Part shown: in pieces, positions 53,897-64,000 of the stretch
Layout: each line of letters begins with the position of its first letter
How positions within the stretch are numbered: the first letter of the stretch is position 1
Assembly (NCBI GenBank): GCA_031835245.2
Contig: JAVKOQ020000031.1
Location: 1-64,000 of the forward strand
Origin: Balamuthia mandrillaris
Taxonomy: Eukaryota
Direction of reading: 5' to 3'
Length of the DNA: 64,000 bases
The notes under the pieces: generated by a model
Told to the model about the DNA's origin: nothing
The model's database searches: none
What the model saw: the letters and a program-made list of their open reading frames with translations, nothing else
Program-made: the position numbers and the translations under genes

Positions 53897-55609
53897 TCAT
53901 GGTGGCGAAGAAGCAACCACTCGTTCTTGTTGTGTTGGTCGTTTCGGTAACTCTTCTTGTTCCTTTTCTTTTCGCTTCATCACTCTTTCTTCGTCCTCCT
54001 TCTCTTTTTCGTCTTCCTTTTCTTCTTCTTCTTCTTCTTCTCCCGTTTCCAACGCAGCTAAACGGGCTTGTATCCAGTCTTGCATCTGTTGTTTGGCTTG
54101 TCTTCTGATCTCGTCGTGCAAACGTAGAAGCAAGGTCAATTGCTTCTTCTTCAAAACGGAGTAGGCATTGTCCCAAACCAGAAAGTAGAAGCCCGATTTT
54201 TCTGTGGTTATCTTTCCAGTCACTTTCGTTTTATGAGACTCAACTCGTTTCATCTCTTGTATAACTGTTCTGTTGTTTTTCTTTATGAAAAGGAGGATTA
54301 GAAGGAGAGTACGAAATTAAAGAGAATAGAGAGCCAAGAATGAGAATAACGAAAGTGAAAGACACAGTAGAAAAGGAAAGGCGAAATGAGAAGACAGAAG
54401 AAAAGGAAAGAACAGTACTGAATCTGATTTTGCTTTAGGTTTTGCTTCGTTGTATTCTTGGAAGAACACTCCAAATGCTATGTCACGACCCTTTGTGGTA
54501 AACTCCCATTCTATATCTACTCCACTTTCATCCACTTTCACTACCACTTCATAGAAACCTAACAAGAAAAAGAAATTGTTACAACATTATAGGGTTAGTT
54601 TGTAAAGACAACAGAAAGAAGAATGCAGAAGAATGAAGATAACAGAAAGAAGCATGAAGAAAGAAGAAAGCATAAAATCATACTCTTTCGAGGAACAGTT
54701 ACTCGCAAAGGATTAAACGTGGTTCCATCCTTTCGCTGGTCGGTATATCGCCCTCCACCGTGAATACATCCCGAAGCACTAGTAACCGTTCCCGGTCCTT
54801 CTCCTTCCTCTTCATCTTCGTATCCATTTTCAAAGACTTGTCCATCCACTACAACCACTTCTCCTTTTGAGCTCTTTCTATTCTTAGTCGTTTTTTTCTT
54901 ATCCTCTCTTTCTTTTGCTGAGGAAGGAGATAGAGAAAGCGGGGGAGTAACACGAGCAGTGTGACAGTGAGTGGAAGCTATCAACAGTTGATATTCTTGT
55001 TCACTCCAACCGTAAGGCAAACGGTCCTCATTGCTGCAAGAGGTGCAAGTACCTCCGTATTCTTTTGGTAAACGCTCCTTTGGGATGTCTTTTAACAGAG
55101 CCTCTTGATAGTTACCTCCGTAGATGCGAACCTTGGAAAGAGTTTTTGGGTCCTTTTGTGGTTATTTGGTTTTAAGACAATAAGAAGATAAATAATGATG
55201 TAAATAATGTTGAATGAAGATAGAAGAGCGCATCGTACCAACCAGGGCGAGATAGCCCTATAAAGAATGTTGATAAACTTGGGAGCGTTGATGACATAGT
55301 AATGTTTCAGCGATTCAGGATAGTTTGCCTAATGAAACAACAAACTCACTTTAGCGGACGTAGTCGATGATAAATGAGTCAGAGAAAAATAAAACCTCAT
55401 CTATCTGGATAATCCGTTTCAGCAAGTCCATTGCAGGAGTATAAATATCTGTACAATCACAAAAATTATAAGGAGGAAAAAGGCAGTAATAAATACAAAA
55501 GATAGCTGCGACGCACGTTTCCAACTTAGTCCAGCCAAGTCCTCTACAATTATATTCTCCCAAATATTCTTTTGACGTTGTCTACTGCAATCTGCTCGTC
55601 TGTCATGAT

Positions 55610-55647
<38 letters not shown>

Positions 55648-56499
55648 AGTGAAGGAAGAGAGTATGACAGAAGAGAGATGAGGGAAGAGTGACAGTAAAA
55701 TGAGAGAACAGAACGAGAAAGATTACATAGATCGCATCTCTTCTTGTGTATAAACGTGGAAGTTGACGAGGTCATCTTCTGGAATGGCAGTGACTAGCCC
55801 GCGAATGTCTACACAGCCCACTCGCTCTATCAACACTGGTGCTCCTTTATCATCCGTGTAATGTACTCTTCCTGAAAAAGAAGATGGAGAGGCAAGAAGT
55901 AAGTTTGAGAGAGAGAGAGAGAGAGAGAGTTTTGAACGAAAAGAAGAGAGGCCAGAATATGCAAGAGGCAGAGAGCGAATTACCAGGCCAGTACTGCCGC
56001 AAGGCAACAAAGTTTTCGTTGAGTATTGGACATGTGTCCAACAGGGTGTCGGCGCCAACCTCACTGCGCCATTTCTTCCAGCAAATGAGGAGAGAATAAA
56101 CAAAAAGTTTTAAAAAAGAAAAGGAAGAGAGAGAGAGAGAGAACGACTAACGAAAAATAAAAATAAAAATAAACGAATAAATAAAAAAAAGAAAAGGAGC
56201 TCAAAAATGAAACGAAAAGAGAGAGGCGTTCTGAACGTACAAGGCTAGCCGTGAACATGGCATACGCCCTGTCCAAGTCCTGGTCACGAGCCCTGAGAAA
56301 CCGCTTGATGGTGTAGTCGTTGTGGACCGTCCAGTCCACCTCAACCCCATCCTCTTGCAATCGGGTCTTTATCTTTTCAACGTTCTTCAAATCACAAAAA
56401 AAATTTTTTAAGTCCAAATCAAATTTCTACATTGAGCTTTTTTTTTTTCGTTTGACGTACCTCATTTTCTCTCTTTCTCCTTTCCTTTGGATCTTCCAT
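53897..56499 (-). CDS. SEC14-like lipid-binding protein (CRAL-TRIO + GOLD), multi-exon
   Basis: DYTIKRFLRARDQDLDRAYAMF, HYTDDKGAPVLIERVG, NYPESLKHYYVINAP, LPKEYGG; GOLD: IEWEFTTKGRDIAFGV..GFYFLVWDNAYSVLKKK. Confidence 0.9.
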
Positions 56500-56732
56500 C
56501 CTCCCGCACGCTTTGCTGCTGCTTTCGGAGGTTCGTTCGTTTGGTTTCTTTCTTACTTTTCTTTCTTTCTTTTTAATTGCCCTTCATTACATTCTGCAGT
56601 ATTTGAACAGCAAAGGAGCTCCATTGCTGCTCGAACTGCGACTTATTCGAGACGACATGGTATCCTCCCTCTGTCGACATTTTCGTCCTCCGTTCAGGTT
56701 CGTGTCGACGTGGGAGATACACTGAGGAAAAA

Positions 56733-58128
56733 ATGAGTGGCGGCGACGAGAGAGATGAAAGCTCGTGGCCTTGGGTGGTGCATGGCAGTCCTGACTCGCT
56801 GGACGTGGACCTGGCGTTCTTCTGCCAGGGGAGGGAAACGGAGCCGTTGCCCTCCTTCCGTCGGTGCCAGCTCTTCTGTGCGGCCGGCGCCCCCAACGAG
56901 AACCGAAACCTGTTTCGCGTGGAGGAAGGCGTGGTGGTGGCCTGCTTCAAAGGGCTTCCCGATGAGGGCAACAACAGCATCCTCTCCACGTTTGGGTATC
57001 ACCAGCAACGACATCCGCTACCCATCACTCGAAAGGTCCGCTTGCTTGCTTCGTTGCACAAAACGTTTGGTTGTTCTCTGACCTTCTTTTGGCCAAAAAG
57101 GTGAAGCGACTCGTTCCGTTGAAGGTAGTGAGGGCGGTTCGAGCTTTGTTGAGTCGGGTGACACGAACCCAGTACCGCGCGAAGGTCAAGCAAGCGTTGC
57201 GTCAGCACGACCTCTGCGCCAGGCTGGCGTGTCTTCGTCAGGTCAGCTTCGCTCAAGTGGAGTTTCTTGACACTATCGAAGAGGCCAAAGCGATCGCTCT
57301 TCAACTTGGTTCTCTCTTCCTCCCTCCTTTCTCCTCCCTCGCTCTCTCCCTCTCGCTTCTCGTCGTTCTTCCAATGGCTAATCTTGAACCCAAGGCCAAA
57401 CCATCGCTCTGATGGCTGGGAGGGAGTTATACACGAAAGGAGAGGTGGGACAGATGTTTCCAGCCTTGCAGCCGTTCTTACAAAGACAACGAGACCGGGT
57501 GCCCATGCTGTTGTTCATCTTGGATCGCTTCAAGGAACTGTTGTTGGAGTGTTTGCACGGGATACAAGTAATGGATAAGAAGGAAAGTTTGAACTTGTTG
57601 CGGTGGCCGGCTGCACGCCTGAACCTCGATTTGCCGTGCAGTTTCGAACAGACGAGTAAACAAGGTGACGAGAGCAAGAAAGAGAAAGAGAAAGAGAAAG
57701 ATGAAGATGACGAGCAAGAGAAAGAGAATATAGAAACAGAACTTTTCTCGTTTGAGAGGGAGAGCTATGATGGGTTCATCGTGGACATGCGGACAGAACG
57801 GTGTTTATTTTATCCCCCCACAACAAAGAACCGTCAAGAAGACAACGTGTTGGCTCTTTACTTGACGACCAAAGGGAGCGACGAAGAACTTCACTTTGCA
57901 AGCCTGAACCAGCTGGACAAGGACAAGCTGCACTCACCAAGCTTCTCTCATAAGGTGGATCATCGACGGTTCTTCTCTTTGTGGCAGTACATGCCTCATT
58001 CATCATCTCCCTCCTCCCCTCTTACTTCTGCAGAAAGCGAACGGCCCGTGCTTCGTTTATTGTCTCTTCGAAGCAAACTCACGAATGAAGACATTCCTCT
58101 TTGCGAGCTGGGACATGAAGCAATATAG
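56733..58128 (+). CDS. Hypothetical protein with N-terminal GS..DxD nucleotidyltransferase-like motif, 3 exons
   Basis: Exons splice in frame: WVVHGSPDSLDVDLAFF..NRNLFRVEEGVVVACFKGLPDEGNNSIL..PITRK|VKRLVPLKVVRAVRALLS..ALQL|GQTIALMAGRELYTKGEV. The function is inferred from the motif only. Confidence 0.65.
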
Positions 58129-58261
58129 CTACATTGTGGCCAACCATTACACAATGATATTGGTCGCAATTTTTTTAATGTCTGCACAAATAACTTCAGG
58201 CTTTTATTGCAACCATATGACCGGAAAAGAAAAGAAACGAAAGAGCACACCAACATAAACC

Positions 58262-60297
58262 ATGCAATGGCTGAAGGATAAGCTCAAAAACAACAACAAC
58301 AAACGCTTCAATGAAGTGCTGGAATATAAGATTGTAAGTGGTCCCTATAGCCCAGAGCTAAACCAAAACTGACTCAACCCCTGCGGTTGTTCCGTTGCGC
58401 TACAGGCAGTTCTCCCACTGGCAAGCAAGGTCCCAAGCGGAGTGGCCTCTTTGATTGCCCGCTACGTAATGGACATGTGGGTACGCACCAAACAGCTCTT
58501 AAGTTATCTCTTCTGTTGCTATGCCCTCTTTGCTGTATTTCGTCTTTCTCGTTCATAGTCTTCTTTCCACTAAACCCAAGCTTCTAACAGCTCAGCAATG
58601 GTGGAGAGTATGGGTTCTACGACGACAGTTGGAGAAAGAGGGTGGTCAGGGAAGATGGCCGCACATCATGTGTTGAAATCTATACTTATGACCACTTTTC
58701 CTATAATTTTACGGCCATGCTGGACTTGTTTCGCCTCAACACACACGTGTTCATGTACTGCGTGGACTTGTCCAAACCACTCCCTGCTCAACTCACCCAA
58801 GACAACGTGCAAGACATGATGGCTGACCTGAAGAAGCTGCGTTCACGAAAATATCCTTATCAGAGGAACATTCCTTGTGTGCTGGTGGGGACCAAGAGCG
58901 ATGCCCTTCCACGCCAAGTCAGCGATGAAGAGATGGAGGAGCTGTGCAGATGGTTGGAAGTGGATTGGTGGGTGGAGAGCAGCGCCAAGACCAAGGAAGG
59001 CGTGGAGGAGGCCTTCTGGGCCGCCTTGGACAAGGCAGAGGAGGGGTTGCGCCATGCCCGCTCTGGCGGTGCAGTGCTTGAGAAGGAGAAGGCGCCGCCA
59101 CCAACCCCAAAGATCAAGGAACGAGCCTCGAGCATGATGGAGGACTTGGCTTCTGCGTTGGACATCAAGGAGTTCAGTGATGTGGAGTTTGTCGTTCTGG
59201 ACCAAGAAGAGAACGGTGACGAGGAGGAGAAGCTAGAAGCCAAGGAGCAGGGGGAGGAAGGAAGAATCATCCATGCCAACCTGGTGATCTTGCTGTGCAG
59301 ATTCCCTTCCTTGATGGAACACCTCAAAGAAGGACAAAGGCAAGTCGTGGTCAAGGACATTCCATTCCACATCATGAAGAGCCTGCTGCGGTTCATTTAT
59401 GGCGGGTCGGCGCAAGTGGGGCTGGAAAGTTGGTCGAAGGAAGATGTGAAGGAGATGAAGGGAGCAGCCAGGAAGTTCGGCATCTTTCCTTTGTTCTTCC
59501 TTTGTGATGACATCTTGACCCGACTTCATCCTGAAGAGGAACAGAAAGAGAAGGAGAAAGAGAAAGACTCGCACAAGGACAAAGAGAATGAGCAAGAAGG
59601 CGAGGAAGGGCAGAGCAACGTGATTCACACGGTTCGAAAGCCAGCTGAGGAGAGTAATGAAGCAGAACCGCAACGAGACCACTTGAAACTGGTGGTGAAT
59701 GCTCCCATCTACAGCGACATTCAGTTTCACTTCGCCCACCCAGGAGACAACACAACAGACAATAAGAAAAAGAAGAAGAAGCAGAAAAAGAGAAAAGAAA
59801 GCAAAGAGAAGAAAAAACAAAGCCACAACAACAAGAAGAAGACCAAGGTCATTCACGCCCACAAGATCGTGTTGGCCAGCCGCTGCCCCTACTTCCACAG
59901 CCTCTTCCTCCAAGACTTCAAGGAGAAACACCAAGACCGCTTGCAGGTGGAGGATGTGCCATACGAGGCATTCTTGGTCCTGATGCACTACCTTTACACG
60001 GATCAGCTGGTGGGGTTGCAGGCGGAGAACGTGGTGGAGGTGTTGGTGGCAGGGGACAAGTTCGGGTTGGAGAGGGTGGTGGAGAAGTGTTGCAACTGGT
60101 TGGTGGAGCAGCTGGATGTGGAGAACGTGGTGGCGGTGCTGGAGGTGAGCGAGCAGCTGGGGTTGAAGGAGCTGCGGCAGGGGTGCTTGTTCTTCATGAA
60201 GCATCATGGGAAGTGCAGCGATGAGTCCAGGTTGAGTGCGGAGACAAAGGAGGAGTTGTTGCTGTTAAGGAAGACGCAAGACAAAACACCAAACTGA
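58262..60297 (+). CDS. Ras-like (degenerate) GTPase domain + two BTB/POZ domains (RhoBTB-like architecture), 3 exons
   Basis: YKI|AVL..LIARYV|..DDSWRKRV; G4 VLVGTKSD; G5 ESSAKT. BTB1: FSDVEFVV..IHANLVILLCRFP..LLRFIYGG. BTB2: YSDIQF..IHAHKIVLASRCPYF..LMHYLYTD. Confidence 0.85.
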
Positions 60298-60590
60298 ACG
60301 TGACTTGCTCCTTTTGCTTCCAAACAAGCCAACCAAATGGTTGTCCAGCCACAGCGGGTCTTAGGCAAGTTTTTTAATTATTTGCATGTGTCTCCTGAAT
60401 TCTCTTTTCCGGTCACGTGTGTGTATCTGTGCATGTTATTTCGCAGCTTCTGAAAATAATTCTTTGAACTTGGGCACGGGGATGCAAAGGATGCCTTCAA
60501 ATGGCTTTGCTGATCACACACACACACCGTTAATACTTCTGGGGCACAAAACTGCACAGAAGAACTTCGAACTTGGAGGTGTGAGTCTCC

Positions 60591-63500
60591 ATGTCTTCTT
60601 CTGTATCTGACTCGGAAGAGCTGGGGGAGAATTCAGTTGCACCATTCAAGGACTTTTGGGGGAACACGAGAATCGTGTGGATTGTTTTGGGCGTTCCAGT
60701 GCTGCTTATCATCTTCAACGCTTTCCTCTTCTGGATTCTCCGCAAGACCTCATGTTACCTACCTATCATCAGGAAGACCTCCTCCTTGTGGCTAACAGAG
60801 AATGCGTTCAGGAGAAAGTTGGCACATCTTATGACGGACTCCTTGTTTGCATCTTGTTGGGTAGCTACTTGTTTCTATTTTTTTCAAAGACATCTTTCCT
60901 TCAACCCAAGTCCATCTTGTGTTCTCCGTTACTAACTTCTCCAAAATGATTCCAGACAATGTTTCAATTTATCATAACGATTCTGTCGTTGGTGCATTAT
61001 GCTGCAACGACGTACTACGAAACTCTGCCTCTTTCTCTCTTCATCATGGAGCTGTTTCTCAGTGTTTGCTTCGCTGCAGACTACCTCATCTTCTTATATG
61101 TGGCCTCCAACAGGTTTTCACTTTCTAAAAACTTCGCTCGCTTCTTCTTTTTGCTTTATTTTTTAAGCATGTTGCCTTCTTGCTGTAACGTGCAGGGTAC
61201 AATATTTCTTCAGTTTGTTGCCGTTGATAGACTATTTGACCGTGGTGCCGGTGTTTGTCTCCTTGGCGGCATGGAATTGGCAACAAAACACATCTTTTCG
61301 GTTTACACCATTGCGCATGCTGCGCGCTTTGCGAGTTGTTCGAACCCTAAAAGCAACAAATCTTTTCTCCTCCAGTATGCGACTCTGAGCTGTTCTCCTC
61401 TTTGCTTCACTTTCTTCTTCCTTGTCACTTTCTCCTCTTCTCCTTCTTCGCCTTTTTTCTTCTTAACACATTTCATGTTGTAAGTTATAACCAGACAGAT
61501 CCTGCGAATTGTGGTTCTTATGGCAAGCTTGATATTCATTGGGGCGTCACTCATCCAACTTGTGGAACGGTTAGCCGATGGCTTCCAATACGACTTTCAT
61601 GTCATGCTGTACTTTACAGTGGTGGTCTGTAGCGGTCTTACTCTTTTCTCTCATTGTTTTGCATTCGTTCATTTTAACTTTCCTGAATAGACGTTCAGCA
61701 CAGTTGGCTATGGTGACATAGCGCCAGTGTCGGATGCTGGACAGATGACGATGCTTGTGTTGATCGTATTGGCCTATGTGCTGTTACCCTTTCAACTCGC
61801 CAAGTTCTTCACCGTGGTGGGGTTGAGCAAAGACTATTACCTCAAAACGTATAGCAAGCGTCGCATCCGCCCGCCGCCTCATGCTGTGTTCATCGGTCAG
61901 GCCTCCAATCTTGTGGACATCATCCAGGAATTCTTAAATACGGTATCTCAGTCGATCTTCTCTTTTCATCTGCTTTTTTCACCTCCGCTTTGTAGTATGA
62001 CTCGTGCATCTTCCTTATCCCCCGTGCTTCTTTTCTTTTCTTCTTGTCTCTTTTTCTCATTCCGCGTGAGTAGGAAGTGAATCCAGCGGCATCGGGTATG
62101 CACGTGGTCATTTTGGCACCAAACAAACCTTCTGCAGAGTTGGAAAATGTATTGAAGCGGTCCAAACACAGGTCTCGCATTTTCTTCTTACAAGGATCTA
62201 CAACGGTAATAGACTAGAGAGTGATTTCTTTCTTTCTCTCTTACTTGTTTCCTTATTTCTTACCCTTTCTCTCTCTCCTCTCCTCTCCTTGCCTCTCCTC
62301 TCCTTGGTGAACAATGCAGTGTCCTCAAGACCTGGACAGGGCTCAGATAAAGTCGGCAGAGTTTTGTTACATCTTTTCTCAATCCGAACATGCTGAACAA
62401 GACGCCGATCATGGTTTCCTCTCTTTCTCTCTCGTTATCTTGCTTACTTGGTTCTGGTGGTAACCTCGATACACTGTTTAGCAACCATGTTGACGTATTT
62501 GGCGGTCAAGGAACGGGCCAAAACTGTCCCAACTGCTGTCCAACTGTACCAGAACAGAAACGCGTCTACCACAATTGTATAGCCTCCAACTTTTCAGCCT
62601 TGCTTTTTTTGTGTCCAGTTGTTTCCTAGATCTTTTCTGAGTCCTAACGCATTTTGTCCCTAAACGGCAGCCGTTACTCCAAAGCATGGATTACTTGTTC
62701 TCTTCCAACAGTCTCAATCTGGTAGTATTGCTTCTTCTCACCATCCACTGCTTTTGCTTTGCGCTTTTCTTCACTTTCTTTTTCTTTTTCTACTTCTCCA
62801 CCTTCTTCCCGCTTATTCCCTATCGGTATTGACTAAGTACTTTCTATGTCGATTCTTTCTCTGTCTTGATTCTTTGTCATACAAAATAGGCTATATTGGC
62901 ACAATGTTGTTTATGTCCAGGATATTCTACTTTTATTACAAACCTCATTAGAACCTATAAAGTCAAGCATGGAGGCTTTTCCCAGATTAGGAACATGAGA
63001 GGATGGCAAGGGGAGTACGGTATGTCTTGTTCATTTTCACGCGCACCATGCTTATGGTACTGACATGTAAGTGCAGTTAAGGGGGCAGAAAACGAGTTGT
63101 TTTCGCTGGAATCTCTTCCCCACGCCTTCAACGGAATGACTTTTGCCAAAGTCGCCAAAGTACATATTTCTTCTCTCATCTTTCTTCTGCTTCAGAACTA
63201 ACACTCATTCATTACAAAGGTTCTTTACAACTACTATCACGTAATCTTATTGGGAATTGAGTGTATTGCATCCGAAGCTCCGAGTTCTCCAAGTCTAAAG
63301 AGCACCAGACAAGCCCAACGACGTAAGAATCCCATAAGAAACCTTAGTCGTTTGCTGCCCAACTTCAAAGAACCAGCTGCAAGGAACATTATTCGCAAAG
63401 GCCTGTTGGTAATGCTGCCTTGGGACTATGTCATCAGAGGAGGAGAGATGGCTGCTGTCATCGCGCCTTCATATCTACTGGTGGAAGCTATATCGCTCTA

Positions 63501-64000
63501 TAATTCGTTGATGGATAAGCAAGAAGGACTAAAGGATTTTCAAACTAACAAAGGAAAAAAGAAAGAGCACCAAACACATGATCAAGAGAGGACAGAAAAT
63601 ACGAAAGATGAGAAGTTGCGGGAAAGTGCAGACGATGTTCACACCAAGAACGAAGAGGAAACGAGAAGCGATGATGAGGAAGAGGGAGAACCTGAAACGG
63701 AACAAATAGAAACAACTACTACAGATAGCGAAGTGGAAGACCGCATGAGGAGAAGGCTCATTCAAGACTTGTTGGATTCCATTCATGTGGAGAAAATAGC
63801 CAACCACCACCCCACCAACGGGCGAACTGCTCTTGTCACCCCCAAAAAAGTGCAGCGTGAAATCAACAATCCAGATTTTCTTTCTTCTGTACATACATTC
63901 TCTCTATCTCCTTCTCCATCTCTCCTTCCTTTCTCTCTTCCGCACGTGTTTTTTTCTTACAAAACCGCGCCGTGCTCCTCCCTGTACCTTCCTTCCGACC
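60591..64000 (+). CDS. Calcium-activated BK/Slo-like potassium channel (partial; runs off the window), multi-exon
   Basis: TM segments, S4-like LRMLRALRVVRTL, pore MLYFTV|TFSTVGYGDIAP, followed by an RCK-like region (HAVFIG, FLQGS, DLDRAQIKSA). Confidence 0.9.

Overview
Gene-dense eukaryotic genomic DNA, not prokaryotic. It has short GT-AG introns loaded with (CT)n/(CTT)n pyrimidine tracts on the sense strand, very short intergenic spacers, and a gene set that includes Dictyostelium-type frizzled-like receptors, WARENGCPW-type ankyrin repeats and half-size ABCA transporters. This points to a free-living amoebozoan such as Balamuthia or Acanthamoeba (inference only). About 24 protein-coding loci can be supported. 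Ordinary genes: biotin-protein ligase, a DH-PH-MORN RhoGEF, an ammonium transporter, a head-to-head pair of ABCA half-transporters, sarcosine/dimethylglycine dehydrogenase, an NBR1-like autophagy receptor, a FAM210-like protein, a lipase, a Chk2-like FHA kinase, two tandem frizzled-like GPCRs, a SEC14-GOLD protein and a BK-like K+ channel. Unusual genes: an F-box fused to a PP2A-B55-like WD40 (missed by the ORF track), an F-box-ankyrin-Rho GTPase fusion, a full-length V-ATPase subunit A paralogue with a degenerate catalytic site and an F-box-like insertion, a Ras-like pseudo-GTPase with two BTB domains, a fructosamine-kinase/NMNAT-like fusion enzyme, and an orphan GS..DxD nucleotidyltransferase-like protein. 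A palindromic TGTCGACA motif recurs upstream of genes. No rRNA, tRNA, CRISPR array or intact transposon was recognised. Exon boundaries were worked out by eye, and gene coordinates give the start-to-stop span including introns.
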